A stretch of 64,000 nucleotides of DNA from Candidatus Omnitrophota bacterium (lineage in GTDB: Bacteria; Omnitrophota; Gorgyraeia; Gygaellales; Profunditerraquicolaceae). Shown piece after piece: positions 17,967 through 26,252 of the stretch. The stretch spans positions 64,673-128,672 of the forward strand of contig VGKG01000003.1 of NCBI GenBank assembly GCA_016867115.1. Direction: 5' to 3'. Position 1 is the stretch's first letter; every line of letters starts with the position of its first letter. The notes beneath the pieces are model-generated. The model made no database searches, was not told the DNA's origin, and worked only from the letters and a program-made list of their open reading frames with translations. A program made the position numbers and the translations under genes.

Positions 17967-18011
17967 AATACAGTAGATAGCAGTTAGCAGGTAGCATTCA
18001 GGGAGGAAAAT

Positions 18012-19199
18012 ATGTCAGCGATTAAAATATTACCGGATATCTACTCTGTGGGAGCGGCAGACTGGAATGTGCGCACCTTTCACGGCCACACCTACAGCAC
18101 AAAGAGAGGCACGACTTATAACGCCTATCTGATTGTGGACGAAAAAATCGCGTTGGTGGATACCGTTTACGGCCCATTTGCCAAGGAGCTGATCGAGAAT
18201 ATCCGCGAGGTTATTCCGGTTGAGAAAATAGATTATGTGATCGCTAACCACGTTGAGACTGACCACTCCGGAGCCCTGCCTGAAGTGATGAAGCTCTGCC
18301 CCAAGGCCAAGGTGATCGGCACGCAGAAATGTAAAGAGGGGCTCTTTAAGCACTATTACGGAAACTGGGATTTTCAGGTGGTCAAGACCGGGGATAAGAT
18401 CAGCCTTGGCAAAAGGGAGCTGGCCTTTATCGAAGCGCCGATGATCCACTGGCCGGACAGCATGTTCACTTACTGCCCGCAGGAAGAGCTGCTCATGCCT
18501 AATGACGCCTTTGGCCAGCATATCGCTACCAGCGAACGTTTTGCCGATGAAGTCGACCCCTGTGCGCTCTGGGATGAGGCCTCTAAATACTATGCCAATA
18601 TCCTCTGGCCGCTGGGTGCGGTCATTGCCAGAAAGATCGATGAAGTCCTTAAGATGAATATCCCCATAAAATCAATCGCTCCCAGCCACGGTGTGATCTG
18701 GAGAAAAGAGCCCTTAAAAATAGTCCAGGCCTATGCTGCCTGGGCAAGAAATGAAACTAAGCCCAAAGTAGTAGTGGCCTATGAATCCATGTGGGGCGCA
18801 ACTCAGATGATGGCCAAAAAAATAGTTGAAGGGATCATCGATGCCGGTATCAGCGTCAAGCTCTATGACGTAGCCGCTAGCGACCGCACCGAGATCATCA
18901 ACGATATGCTGGAGGCAAAAGGTTTTCTCTTCGGCTCATCCACCCATGATAATGACATGCTTCCTAATTTTGCCGGATTCCTTGAGTTTGTCAGGGGCCT
19001 GGCGCCGAAAAACAGGATTGCTTCCGTATTTGGATCCTATGGCTGGGCAGGAGGGGCAGCGAAAGAGATCGAAACTGTGCTTAAAGAAACGGGAATAGAG
19101 CTGGCCATGCCTTCTTTAACCGTAAAATATGTTCCCGATGAAGCGGAAACCAAGCGCTGCTATGATTTTGGCCGGGACTTTGCCGCCAGGATAAAATAA
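18012..19199 (+). CDS. fprA: Flavodiiron protein (FprA / rubredoxin:oxygen oxidoreductase)
   Basis: Metallo-beta-lactamase-like diiron domain (HVETDHSG) followed by a flavodoxin domain (SMWGAT). Confidence 0.85.
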   Translation: MSAIKILPDIYSVGAADWNVRTFHGHTYSTKRGTTYNAYLIVDEKIALVDTVYGPFAKELIENIREVIPVEKIDYVIANHVETDHSGALPEVMKLCPKAKVIGTQKCKEGLFKHYYGNWDFQVVKTGDKISLGKRELAFIEAPMIHWPDSMFTYCPQEELLMPNDAFGQHIATSERFADEVDPCALWDEASKYYANILWPLGAVIARKIDEVLKMNIPIKSIAPSHGVIWRKEPLKIVQAYAAWARNETKPKVVVAYESMWGATQMMAKKIVEGIIDAGISVKLYDVAASDRTEIINDMLEAKGFLFGSSTHDNDMLPNFAGFLEFVRGLAPKNRIASVFGSYGWAGGAAKEIETVLKETGIELAMPSLTVKYVPDEAETKRCYDFGRDFAARIK

Positions 19200-19202
19200 A
19201 GG

Positions 19203-19664
19203 ATGAAAAAGATCCCGGAAAATATCCTGCGTTTTTTTCAGAACCAGGGTTTTGTCATAGTCTCTACTATAGATAAGTCAGGCCTGGTGCACAGTGCCTG
19301 CAAGGGCATAGTAAAGATCGAAGGCACGGGAAGAATATACCTGCTCGACCTTTATCGGGCCAGGACCTATATAAATCTAAAAAATAATCCCGCCATCAGC
19401 GTCACTGCCGTTGATGAGCATAAGTTCAGCGGCTGGTGCCTTAAGGGCAGGGCGAAGATACTCAACGCCGGTGAAGTGAGCGGGGAATTGATCAGGGAGT
19501 GGGAGGCAAAGATCTCCGGAAGGATCGCCTACCGGCTCCTTAAGAATATCCGCGAGGAAAAAGGGCACCCCCGGCATCCTGAGTCTCAGCTGCCCAAGCC
19601 GCAGTATATGATTCTGATGGAAGCCGAAGAGATCGTGGACCTTACCCCGCAGCACCTTAAGTAA
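19203..19664 (+). CDS. Pyridoxamine 5'-phosphate oxidase-like FMN-binding protein
   Basis: Split-barrel PNPOx-like fold (GFVIVSTIDKSGL...); 153 aa. Confidence 0.5.
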   Translation: MKKIPENILRFFQNQGFVIVSTIDKSGLVHSACKGIVKIEGTGRIYLLDLYRARTYINLKNNPAISVTAVDEHKFSGWCLKGRAKILNAGEVSGELIREWEAKISGRIAYRLLKNIREEKGHPRHPESQLPKPQYMILMEAEEIVDLTPQHLK

Positions 19665-19685
19665 AGAAATAAGACAGGAGGAGGA

Positions 19686-20162
19686 ATGGGCAATATATTT
19701 GCTGGCAGTGAAGTCGTAGAGATCGGCATACAGATCGAAAAGAACGGCAGGGATTTTTATAACGCCCTCGTCACGCAATCCAAAGCCCCTGAGGCAGCGG
19801 AGCTTTTCAAGTTCTTGGCTAAGGAAGAAGAGAAGCACATTGAGATGTTCCGCAAAATCCTGGAAACTGCCACAAAGTACGAACCGCAAGGGTTAGATTC
19901 CGACGAATATTATGCCTATATGCAATCTCTTGCAAGCGATTATGTGTTTACGCAGAAGGATAAAGGTGCAGAGATCGCTAAGCAGATAAAAAGCGACCAC
20001 GAAGCCGTAGAAATGGGTATCGGCTTTGAGAAGGACTCCATTATCTTTTACGAAGGAATAAAAAAAGCGGTCCCGGATTACGACCAGAAGATCGTGGATG
20101 CCCTGATCGCCCAGGAGCAGGAGCATTTAAGGAGATTGATCGACTTAAGAAGCGCGCTCTAA
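19686..20162 (+). CDS. Ferritin-like/rubrerythrin-like diiron protein with no rubredoxin domain
   Basis: Two E-x2-H half-sites (EEEKHIE, EQEHLRR) in a four-helix-bundle-sized protein. Confidence 0.55.
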   Translation: MGNIFAGSEVVEIGIQIEKNGRDFYNALVTQSKAPEAAELFKFLAKEEEKHIEMFRKILETATKYEPQGLDSDEYYAYMQSLASDYVFTQKDKGAEIAKQIKSDHEAVEMGIGFEKDSIIFYEGIKKAVPDYDQKIVDALIAQEQEHLRRLIDLRSAL

Positions 20163-20180
20163 CTGAAGAGAAAGGATAAA

Positions 20181-20417
20181 ATGGCTAAAAACGTAAGGAT
20201 TTACAGCACGCCTACCTGCCCCTGGTGCATCCGCACCAAACAGTTCTTAAAGGACAATAATGTGGTTTTTGAGGATGTAGATGTCTCCGGTGACCAGCAG
20301 GCCGCAGAAGAGATGGTCCGCAAATCCGGCCAGATGGGCGTGCCGGTCCTGGATATCGAGGGCGAGATCATCGTCGGGTTTGATAAGGATAGGATCAAAA
20401 AAGCACTGGGAATATAA
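20181..20417 (+). CDS. Glutaredoxin-like protein (CPWC)
   Basis: 78 aa, YSTPTCPWC active site. Confidence 0.7.
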   Translation: MAKNVRIYSTPTCPWCIRTKQFLKDNNVVFEDVDVSGDQQAAEEMVRKSGQMGVPVLDIEGEIIVGFDKDRIKKALGI

Positions 20418-20419
20418 AT

Positions 20420-21325
20420 ATGTATGACCTGATTATCATAGGCGCCGGCCCCGCCGGGATTACTGCCGGAGTCTATGCTGCGCGCAAAAACATGGACCTT
20501 CTGGTGGTTACCGGGGATATCGGCGGCCAGGCCGCGGTCAGCGGAGACATTGAAAATTATACCGGTTATCAGTTCATTACCGGGCCGGAGCTTGCGGCGA
20601 AGTTCGAGGAGCACATCCATAATTACGCGGTTACGGTAAAAGAGAATGAGTCTGTAAGGGAATTACGCAAGTCCGGGGATAAGGTCATCGTGGTTTCGGA
20701 TAAGGAAACCTATGAGGCCCGCTCGGTGATCATTGCCTCGGGAAAAAGATCAAGGGAGCTGAACGTTCCCGGAGAAAAGGAGTTTAAGAATAAGGGCCTG
20801 ACCTATTGCGCTACCTGCGATGCTCCGCTCTTTAGGGGGAAGGATGTCGCGGTGATCGGAGGAGGCAATTCCGCGCTCGATGCCGTCCTGCAGCTGACGA
20901 AGATCGCCCGCAGTATCTATCTGATCAACATTAATCCCGCTCTTGGCGGTGATGCGGTGATGCGCCAGAAGGTCTTAGGAAGCCCTAATGCCAAGGTGTT
21001 GAATAATGCGCAAACGACGGCAATCACCGGCGATAGTATGGTAAGCGGGATCAGAGTCAAATGCGATGGCCGCGAAGAAGTGCTTCCGGTTCAGGGAATA
21101 TTTGTGGAGATCGGTCTGGTCCCGAATTCTGATTTCGCTAAAGACATTGAGAAGAATGATTTGGGCGAAATAAAGATAAATTGCCGCAATGAAACGAATA
21201 TCCCGGGGATCTTTGCTGCCGGAGATGTCACCGATGTCCCGGAGAAGCAGATCATTATCGCAGCAGGTGAAGGCTCAAAGGCCTGCCTTAGCGCCTTCCG
21301 GTACTTAGCGGAACATAGATTCTAA
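20420..21325 (+). CDS. trxB: Thioredoxin reductase-like FAD-dependent disulfide oxidoreductase
   Basis: IIGAGPAG, CATCDAP redox-active disulfide, GGGNSA and AAGDV motifs. Confidence 0.8.
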   Translation: MYDLIIIGAGPAGITAGVYAARKNMDLLVVTGDIGGQAAVSGDIENYTGYQFITGPELAAKFEEHIHNYAVTVKENESVRELRKSGDKVIVVSDKETYEARSVIIASGKRSRELNVPGEKEFKNKGLTYCATCDAPLFRGKDVAVIGGGNSALDAVLQLTKIARSIYLININPALGGDAVMRQKVLGSPNAKVLNNAQTTAITGDSMVSGIRVKCDGREEVLPVQGIFVEIGLVPNSDFAKDIEKNDLGEIKINCRNETNIPGIFAAGDVTDVPEKQIIIAAGEGSKACLSAFRYLAEHRF

Positions 21326-21331
21326 ATTTCT

Positions 21332-22285
21332 ATGGTAAATCTAAAACTGATAAAACAAAAGATTCTCAGGGCAAAGCGTATCGCAGTGGCCAGCCACATC
21401 AACCCTGACGGCGATTCGCTGGGTTCGCTCCTCTCCCTGGGGTTGGCCTTAAAAAAGCTGGGCAAGCGCGTCTATCTCCTGAGCCCTGACGGCGTACCTA
21501 AAAGATACCGCCGGCTCCCCGGGGCAGGAGGGATTATCCGTAAATTAAATAAGCCGGTGGACCTGGCGGTCGCAGTTGACTGCAGCAACCGCGAGATCCT
21601 GGGTAGATCCTGGGGGACCTTTCAGAAGGCAAAGGATATTTTAGAGATTGACCACCACGAATTCCGGCGGCCGTTCGGAAATATCCGCCTCGTGGATACC
21701 CGGGCTGCAGCAGTGGGCGAATTGATCTACCCCCTCTTAAAGGACCTAAAGATAAACATCGATACAGCCATAGCGCAAAACCTCCTGACCTCAGTGGTGG
21801 TTGAGACCGATTCCTTCCGGCTACCGAACGTCCGGCCCTTTACCTTTGAGATCTGCCACGATTTAATGAAAAAGAAAGTGGATTTCTATAAGCTGGTGGA
21901 TATGGTCTTTTGGTCAAAAACTAAGGAGTCCACGATTCTTTCCGGTATTTGTATGGCCAGATGCAAGTTCCTGAAGAACGGCCGGCTGGCCTGGTCTATT
22001 GTGCGCCAGAAAGATTTCCGCAACCAGAAGGGTAAAGACGAAGACGTAGACCCGGTAGCCGATGAGATGCGTTCGATCAAGGGCGTGAGGATCGCGGTAT
22101 TTTTCCGGGAAAAGGATAACTCGACATTACGGGTGAGCCTGCGCTCAAAGGGCAAGATTAATGTCGCGGGGATAGCCGAGCATTTCGGGGGAGGCGGCCA
22201 CTTTGATGTGGCGGGCTGCTCCATAGCGAATAAACCGAAAGCAATGAATAAGCTCCTTGCCATGGCCAAAACCTTATTGAAATAG
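21332..22285 (+). CDS. nrnA: DHH/DHHA1 phosphoesterase, NrnA-like nanoRNase/pAp phosphatase
   Basis: HINPDGDSLGS, DHH and C-terminal GGGGH motifs. Confidence 0.75.
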   Translation: MVNLKLIKQKILRAKRIAVASHINPDGDSLGSLLSLGLALKKLGKRVYLLSPDGVPKRYRRLPGAGGIIRKLNKPVDLAVAVDCSNREILGRSWGTFQKAKDILEIDHHEFRRPFGNIRLVDTRAAAVGELIYPLLKDLKINIDTAIAQNLLTSVVVETDSFRLPNVRPFTFEICHDLMKKKVDFYKLVDMVFWSKTKESTILSGICMARCKFLKNGRLAWSIVRQKDFRNQKGKDEDVDPVADEMRSIKGVRIAVFFREKDNSTLRVSLRSKGKINVAGIAEHFGGGGHFDVAGCSIANKPKAMNKLLAMAKTLLK

Positions 22286-22687
22286 ATGATCCAAAAGACA
22301 AAGTTCACTGAACTAAAAAAAGTTTTTAGTACTTTGCACGGGCCGAAAGGCTGCCTCTGGGATAAAGAGCAGACGCATAAGAGCCTTATCCCCTATCTTA
22401 AGGAAGAAGCGGATGAGTTTATCGCTACTGTCAGGAAGGGCACTTACGCGCACATGCGCGATGAGCTGGGAGACCTCCTGCTGCAGGTGATGTTCCATTC
22501 CCAGATCGCGAAGAAAGACGGAAAGTTTGACGTAGAAGACGTGATCGATACCCTGATCAAGAAACTGAAACGCCGCCATCCCCATGTCTTTGGCAAGGTA
22601 AAGGTAAGGTCCAGCCGCGAGATCATCGCTAACTGGCACAAAATTAAAGCGCAGGAGAAGAGAGGTAAAAGGCATGCTAAAGTATAA
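22286..22687 (+). CDS. mazG: MazG-family nucleoside triphosphate pyrophosphohydrolase
   Basis: EEADEF and ELGDLLLQV EE-x2-E motifs. Confidence 0.75.
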   Translation: MIQKTKFTELKKVFSTLHGPKGCLWDKEQTHKSLIPYLKEEADEFIATVRKGTYAHMRDELGDLLLQVMFHSQIAKKDGKFDVEDVIDTLIKKLKRRHPHVFGKVKVRSSREIIANWHKIKAQEKRGKRHAKV

Positions 22688-22964
22688 AAAGATAAGAGTA
22701 GGAAAAAATTATATTGAGGCTTTTTCCGTTTCGTTACAGAGTAAAACATTCATCCTGCTTAAGGGAAGAAAGGGCTATGTAATGTGCGGCTACATTAATC
22801 TAAAAGCTGCCGAAAAATTTAAAGACGCAGCCGTAAAGATCACGGGCGTCTCTACTATTGAAGAGGCCCTGAAAGCAAAAGTCCATTCCTGTACTTCCTG
22901 TGCGAGAAAATTAGGCATATCTAAAGGACAATCGATCCGGGAGGCACTCAAGAAAATTTACTAA
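22674..22964 (+). CDS. DUF1805 (YunC-like) small protein
   Basis: 96 aa, GYVMCGYIN motif; 14-nt overlap with mazG. Confidence 0.4.
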   Translation: MLKYKKIRVGKNYIEAFSVSLQSKTFILLKGRKGYVMCGYINLKAAEKFKDAAVKITGVSTIEEALKAKVHSCTSCARKLGISKGQSIREALKKIY

Positions 22965-22971
22965 ATAATAC

Positions 22972-23001
22972 TTGATATACCCCCAGGGGGTATGTTATAA
23001 T
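22972..23001 (+). promoter_or_regulatory. Promoter with CsoR-type operator ATACCCCCAGGGGGTAT placed between the -35 and -10 elements
   Basis: TTGATA at 22972-22977, 17-bp perfect GC-core palindrome at 22977-22993, TATAAT at 22996-23001; matches the known CsoR operator architecture. Confidence 0.7.
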
Positions 23002-23020
23002 TATTGTACAGAGGTGATGA

Positions 23021-23302
23021 GTGGCTAAGTATCCGGATCATACAGATAATTTAGTATCTCTAAGAAGGATAGAAGGGCAAGTCCGCGGCATTCAGAAGAT
23101 GATTGAGAATAAAGGATATTGCGTAGATATACTTAATCAGATACACGCGGTTATTTATGCCCTCGCCAGAATCGAGGATAAAATTCTCCAGAAGCATTTT
23201 GAGGGATGTGTAGCCGAAGCTGTCCGCGGCGGTTCGGCAAATGATAAAAGAAAAAAGCTGGAAGAGATACTTCGGCTAATCCATCAATTCAGGAAGGTCT
23301 AA
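23021..23302 (+). CDS. csoR: CsoR/RcnR-family metal-sensing repressor (Cu-type C-H-C ligand set)
   Basis: GQVRGIQKMIE...GYCVDILNQIHAV...HFEGC pattern; GTG start with AGAGGTGA RBS. Confidence 0.75.
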   Translation: MAKYPDHTDNLVSLRRIEGQVRGIQKMIENKGYCVDILNQIHAVIYALARIEDKILQKHFEGCVAEAVRGGSANDKRKKLEEILRLIHQFRKV

Positions 23303-23314
23303 AAGGAGGTACAC

Positions 23315-23503
23315 ATGAAAAAATCTCTTATTTCTTTGTTTATCGCCACACTCTTACTTAATGCCGGATTGTCTTTGGCAGCCGCAGGCTCTTGCTGCGC
23401 AAAAGACAAGTGCGCAACTGCCAAAGGTACATGCTGCATAAAAGGAGATTGTAAGAGTTCCGATAAGAGTTGTTGTAGTAATGGACAGTGTAAATGTCCG
23501 TAG
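23315..23503 (+). CDS. Secreted Cys-rich mini-protein (13 Cys in a mature peptide of about 38 aa), candidate periplasmic copper-binding peptide
   Basis: Signal peptide MKKSLISLFIATLLLNAGLSLAAAG followed by CCAKDKCATAKGTCCIKGDCKSSDKSCCSNGQCKCP; AAGGAGG RBS; 12 nt downstream of csoR. Confidence 0.55.
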   Translation: MKKSLISLFIATLLLNAGLSLAAAGSCCAKDKCATAKGTCCIKGDCKSSDKSCCSNGQCKCP

Positions 23504-23529
23504 GATCTTAGCAGGAAAATAGGTCAATC

Positions 23530-23690
23530 ATAGGCGGGGAGGTCGTAATACGGCCTGAGAGTCTCCGTTTAGACGGGGTTACCCGATGAACCTGAACTGG
23601 ATAATGCCAGCGGAGGGAAGGAGCGTGATGGATAATAGACCCGATGCATCTGGCAAAGGGTCTTTTTATTTCTGCGGGCAGCCAGAAAAC
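23530..23690 (+). promoter_or_regulatory. TPP riboswitch (THI element) with terminator-type expression platform
   Basis: CUGAGA ... ACCUGA ... GGAUAAUGCCAGCG ... AGGGAA THI-box hallmarks at 23557-23618; GACCC/GGGTC hairpin plus TTTTTATTT at 23640-23672; GGAGGG RBS before the Thi4 ATG. Confidence 0.75.
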
Positions 23691-23704
23691 CCGGAGGGTT
23701 AAAA

Positions 23705-24517
23705 ATGTTTAGCAAAATAACGGAAGCACAGATCAGCAGGGCGATCGTAGGAGAGTTTACCAGGTGGTTTGATGATTATATTACTTCCGATGTCATCATC
23801 GTCGGCGCCGGGCCCAGCGGCCTTATGGCAGGGCGCGACCTGGCTAATGCAGGGATCAAGACCCTGATCATCGAAAGCAACAATTATATCGGCGGAGGTT
23901 TTTGGGTCGGCGGTTATTTCATGAATACCCTGACCTTCAGGTCTCCGGCAGAGGATATCCTGGATGAACTGAAGATACCTCATAAGAGGATAGAAGACGG
24001 GTTGTCTGTCGCGGACGGCCCTTCTGCCTGCTCAAAGCTCATCTCCGCCACATGCGATTCAGGGGCAAAGATCCTGAACCTCACTAAGTTCGATGACGTG
24101 GTCCTGCGCAATCAGCGGGTTGAGGGGGCGGTGGTCAACTGGGCCCCGGTCTCGGCGTTACCCCGGCAGATCACCTGCGTAGACCCGATCGCCCTGGAAG
24201 CAAAGGTAGTGGTTGATGCTACAGGCCATGATGCCTGGGTAGCCCGGAGCCTCGAGAAGAGAGGGTTATTGAAATTGCAAAGTTTCGGCCCTATGGATGT
24301 CGTGCTTTCAGAAGGGCTGGTGGTAGAAAAGAGCGGTGAGATCTTCCCGGGGCTCTTTGCTATCGGTATGGCAGTATCTTCTGTCTACGGGATACCGCGC
24401 ATGGGGCCTACTTTTGCCGGGATGCTTTTTTCAGGAAGAAAAGCTGCTCAGGAAATAATCAAGCTATTCTCCTGCACAGGGAGCTCTACTTGTAAAGAGC
24501 CTGCCGCAGTAGTCTAA
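23705..24517 (+). CDS. thi4: Thiazole synthase Thi4 family, second paralogue, riboswitch-controlled
   Basis: IIVGAGPSGL, GGGFWVGG, VVDATGHDAWV and PRMGPTFAGMLFSG motifs. Confidence 0.85.
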   Translation: MFSKITEAQISRAIVGEFTRWFDDYITSDVIIVGAGPSGLMAGRDLANAGIKTLIIESNNYIGGGFWVGGYFMNTLTFRSPAEDILDELKIPHKRIEDGLSVADGPSACSKLISATCDSGAKILNLTKFDDVVLRNQRVEGAVVNWAPVSALPRQITCVDPIALEAKVVVDATGHDAWVARSLEKRGLLKLQSFGPMDVVLSEGLVVEKSGEIFPGLFAIGMAVSSVYGIPRMGPTFAGMLFSGRKAAQEIIKLFSCTGSSTCKEPAAVV

Positions 24518-24548
24518 AAACTACCAGTATAAAAATTGCAAAAAAAGA

Positions 24549-24595
24549 TTGACAAATCTTATTTCTATAGTAAACTCTACTTTGTTAATAGAGTT
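24549..24595 (+). promoter_or_regulatory. Promoter (TTGACA) with inverted repeat AACTCTA-N8-TAGAGTT over the -10/start-site region; candidate Rrf2 autoregulatory operator
   Basis: TTGACA at 24549-24554; 7-bp arms at 24574-24580 and 24589-24595. Confidence 0.45.
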
Positions 24596-24617
24596 AATAG
24601 ACAAAAGGAAAAGCAAA

Positions 24618-25052
24618 ATGAGAATTACCTATCGGGGCGATTACGCTTTAAAGGCAGTTCTGGATCTGGCGTTGCATCAGGGGACTTTAGTGACGACGCA
24701 TGATTTAGCCAGGCGCACAGACGCTCCCCTTAAATTCTTGGAACAGGTTTTACTGGATTTAAAGAGGGGCGGTTTTGTAGAGAGCCGGCGGGGTAAGGTC
24801 GGCGGTTATCTTCTGGCAAGAGATCCTTCGCAGGTCAGATTAGGCGAGGTCATCAGGTTCATTGACGGCCCTATTGAGCCGATTGAATGCGTAGATAAAA
24901 AATACGACGGCTGCCGCGACTTGTATAAGTGCATCTTTAGAGGCATATGGCAGGAAGTGGCGGAGTCGACCTCCAGAATCATAGATAACATCACTTTTAA
25001 AGATCTGGCAGAAAGGGTGAAGAGGGGCCAGGGTCTGGTCTATTCGATTTAG
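24618..25052 (+). CDS. Rrf2-family regulator (CymR/IscR-like) heading the sulfur-assimilation operon
   Basis: YALKAVLDLA...VTTHDLARR wHTH; C-x6-C-x5-C (CVDKKYDGCRDLYKC); trimmed to ATG 24618. Confidence 0.75.
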   Translation: MRITYRGDYALKAVLDLALHQGTLVTTHDLARRTDAPLKFLEQVLLDLKRGGFVESRRGKVGGYLLARDPSQVRLGEVIRFIDGPIEPIECVDKKYDGCRDLYKCIFRGIWQEVAESTSRIIDNITFKDLAERVKRGQGLVYSI

Positions 25053-25070
25053 GAAGGAGATCATGAATAA

Positions 25071-25994
25071 ATGCCAAAAATTGCCAAAGACATTACGGCA
25101 CTGATTGGTAATACTCCTTTGGTCTACATAAACAGGCTATCTCAAGGCTGCGGGGCCAGGGTGGCGGCGAAGTTAGAATTATTCAACCCCTGCTCTTCGG
25201 TTAAAGACAGGATAGGCCTGAGTATGATCGAACAGGCAGAGAGGGAAGGCAAGATAAAGCCGGATACGGTCATTGTCGAGCCGACTTCGGGCAATACCGG
25301 TATAGCCCTGGCTTTTGTCGCTGCTGTCAGAGGGTATAAACTGGTCTTGATTATGCCGGAGACGATGAGCCTTGAACGCAGAAAATTATTGGCCGCCTTT
25401 GGCGCAGAGATTATCCTTACTTCCGGCAGTGAGGGGATGAGCGGCGCGGTAAAAAAAGCGGAAGAGCTGGTAAAGAGCAATAAGCACTATTTTATGCCGC
25501 AGCAGTTTAAGAATCCGGCTAACCCCGAGATTCACCGTCGGACTACTGCCTTAGAGATCTGGGAGGATACCGAAGGCAAGATAGATATTTTAGTTGCAGG
25601 CGTCGGGACCGGTGGTACAATTACAGGTATAGCCGAAGTGATCAGGGAAAAGAAGCCTTCATTTCGCGCGATTGCGGTCGAACCGGAGGAATCACCGGTT
25701 CTCTCCGGCGGAAAGCCCGGGCCGCACAAGATCCAGGGCATCGGCGCAGGTTTTGTGCCAGATGTCCTGAACCGGGAGATAATTGATGAGATCATCCAGG
25801 TCTCTAATGACGATGCCGCTGCCACCGCCCGCAGGCTGGTAAAAGAAGAGGGGATCCTTGCCGGGATCTCTTCCGGGGCAGCTGTCTTTGCCGCCCTGAA
25901 AGTCGGCCGGAGAAGCGAGAATAAGGATAAGCTGATTGTGGTCATCCTGCCCGATACCGGCGAGCGCTACTTAAGTACAGGGCTTTTTGTTTAA
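25071..25994 (+). CDS. cysK: Cysteine synthase A (O-acetylserine sulfhydrylase)
   Basis: IGNTPLV, SVKDR (PLP Lys), [10 protein letters not shown] and GTGGT motifs. Confidence 0.85.
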   Translation: MPKIAKDITALIGNTPLVYINRLSQGCGARVAAKLELFNPCSSVKDRIGLSMIEQAEREGKIKPDTVIVEPTSGNTGIALAFVAAVRGYKLVLIMPETMSLERRKLLAAFGAEIILTSGSEGMSGAVKKAEELVKSNKHYFMPQQFKNPANPEIHRRTTALEIWEDTEGKIDILVAGVGTGGTITGIAEVIREKKPSFRAIAVEPEESPVLSGGKPGPHKIQGIGAGFVPDVLNREIIDEIIQVSNDDAAATARRLVKEEGILAGISSGAAVFAALKVGRRSENKDKLIVVILPDTGERYLSTGLFV

Positions 25995-26012
25995 CCCTAA
26001 GGAGGAATAATC

Positions 26013-26234
26013 ATGAGAGAAAAAGTCGAGAAGGCGATAGAAAAGGTGCGGCCCATGCTTCAGGCAGACGGAGGGGATGTTGAGCTCATCGATGTGACCT
26101 CAGAAGGAGTTGTGAAGCTGAAATTACAGGGAAGCTGTGGCTGCTGCCCGATGAGCCAGATCACCCTTAAGACGGCAATAGAGAAGATCATCAAGCAGGA
26201 AGTCCCCGAAATAAAAGAGGTCATCGCGATTTAA
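26013..26234 (+). CDS. NifU-like (Nfu) Fe-S cluster scaffold domain protein
   Basis: 73 aa, GSCGCCPMS CxxC motif. Confidence 0.7.
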   Translation: MREKVEKAIEKVRPMLQADGGDVELIDVTSEGVVKLKLQGSCGCCPMSQITLKTAIEKIIKQEVPEIKEVIAI

Positions 26235-26252
26235 GGAGAGCGAGTCAGAGAG

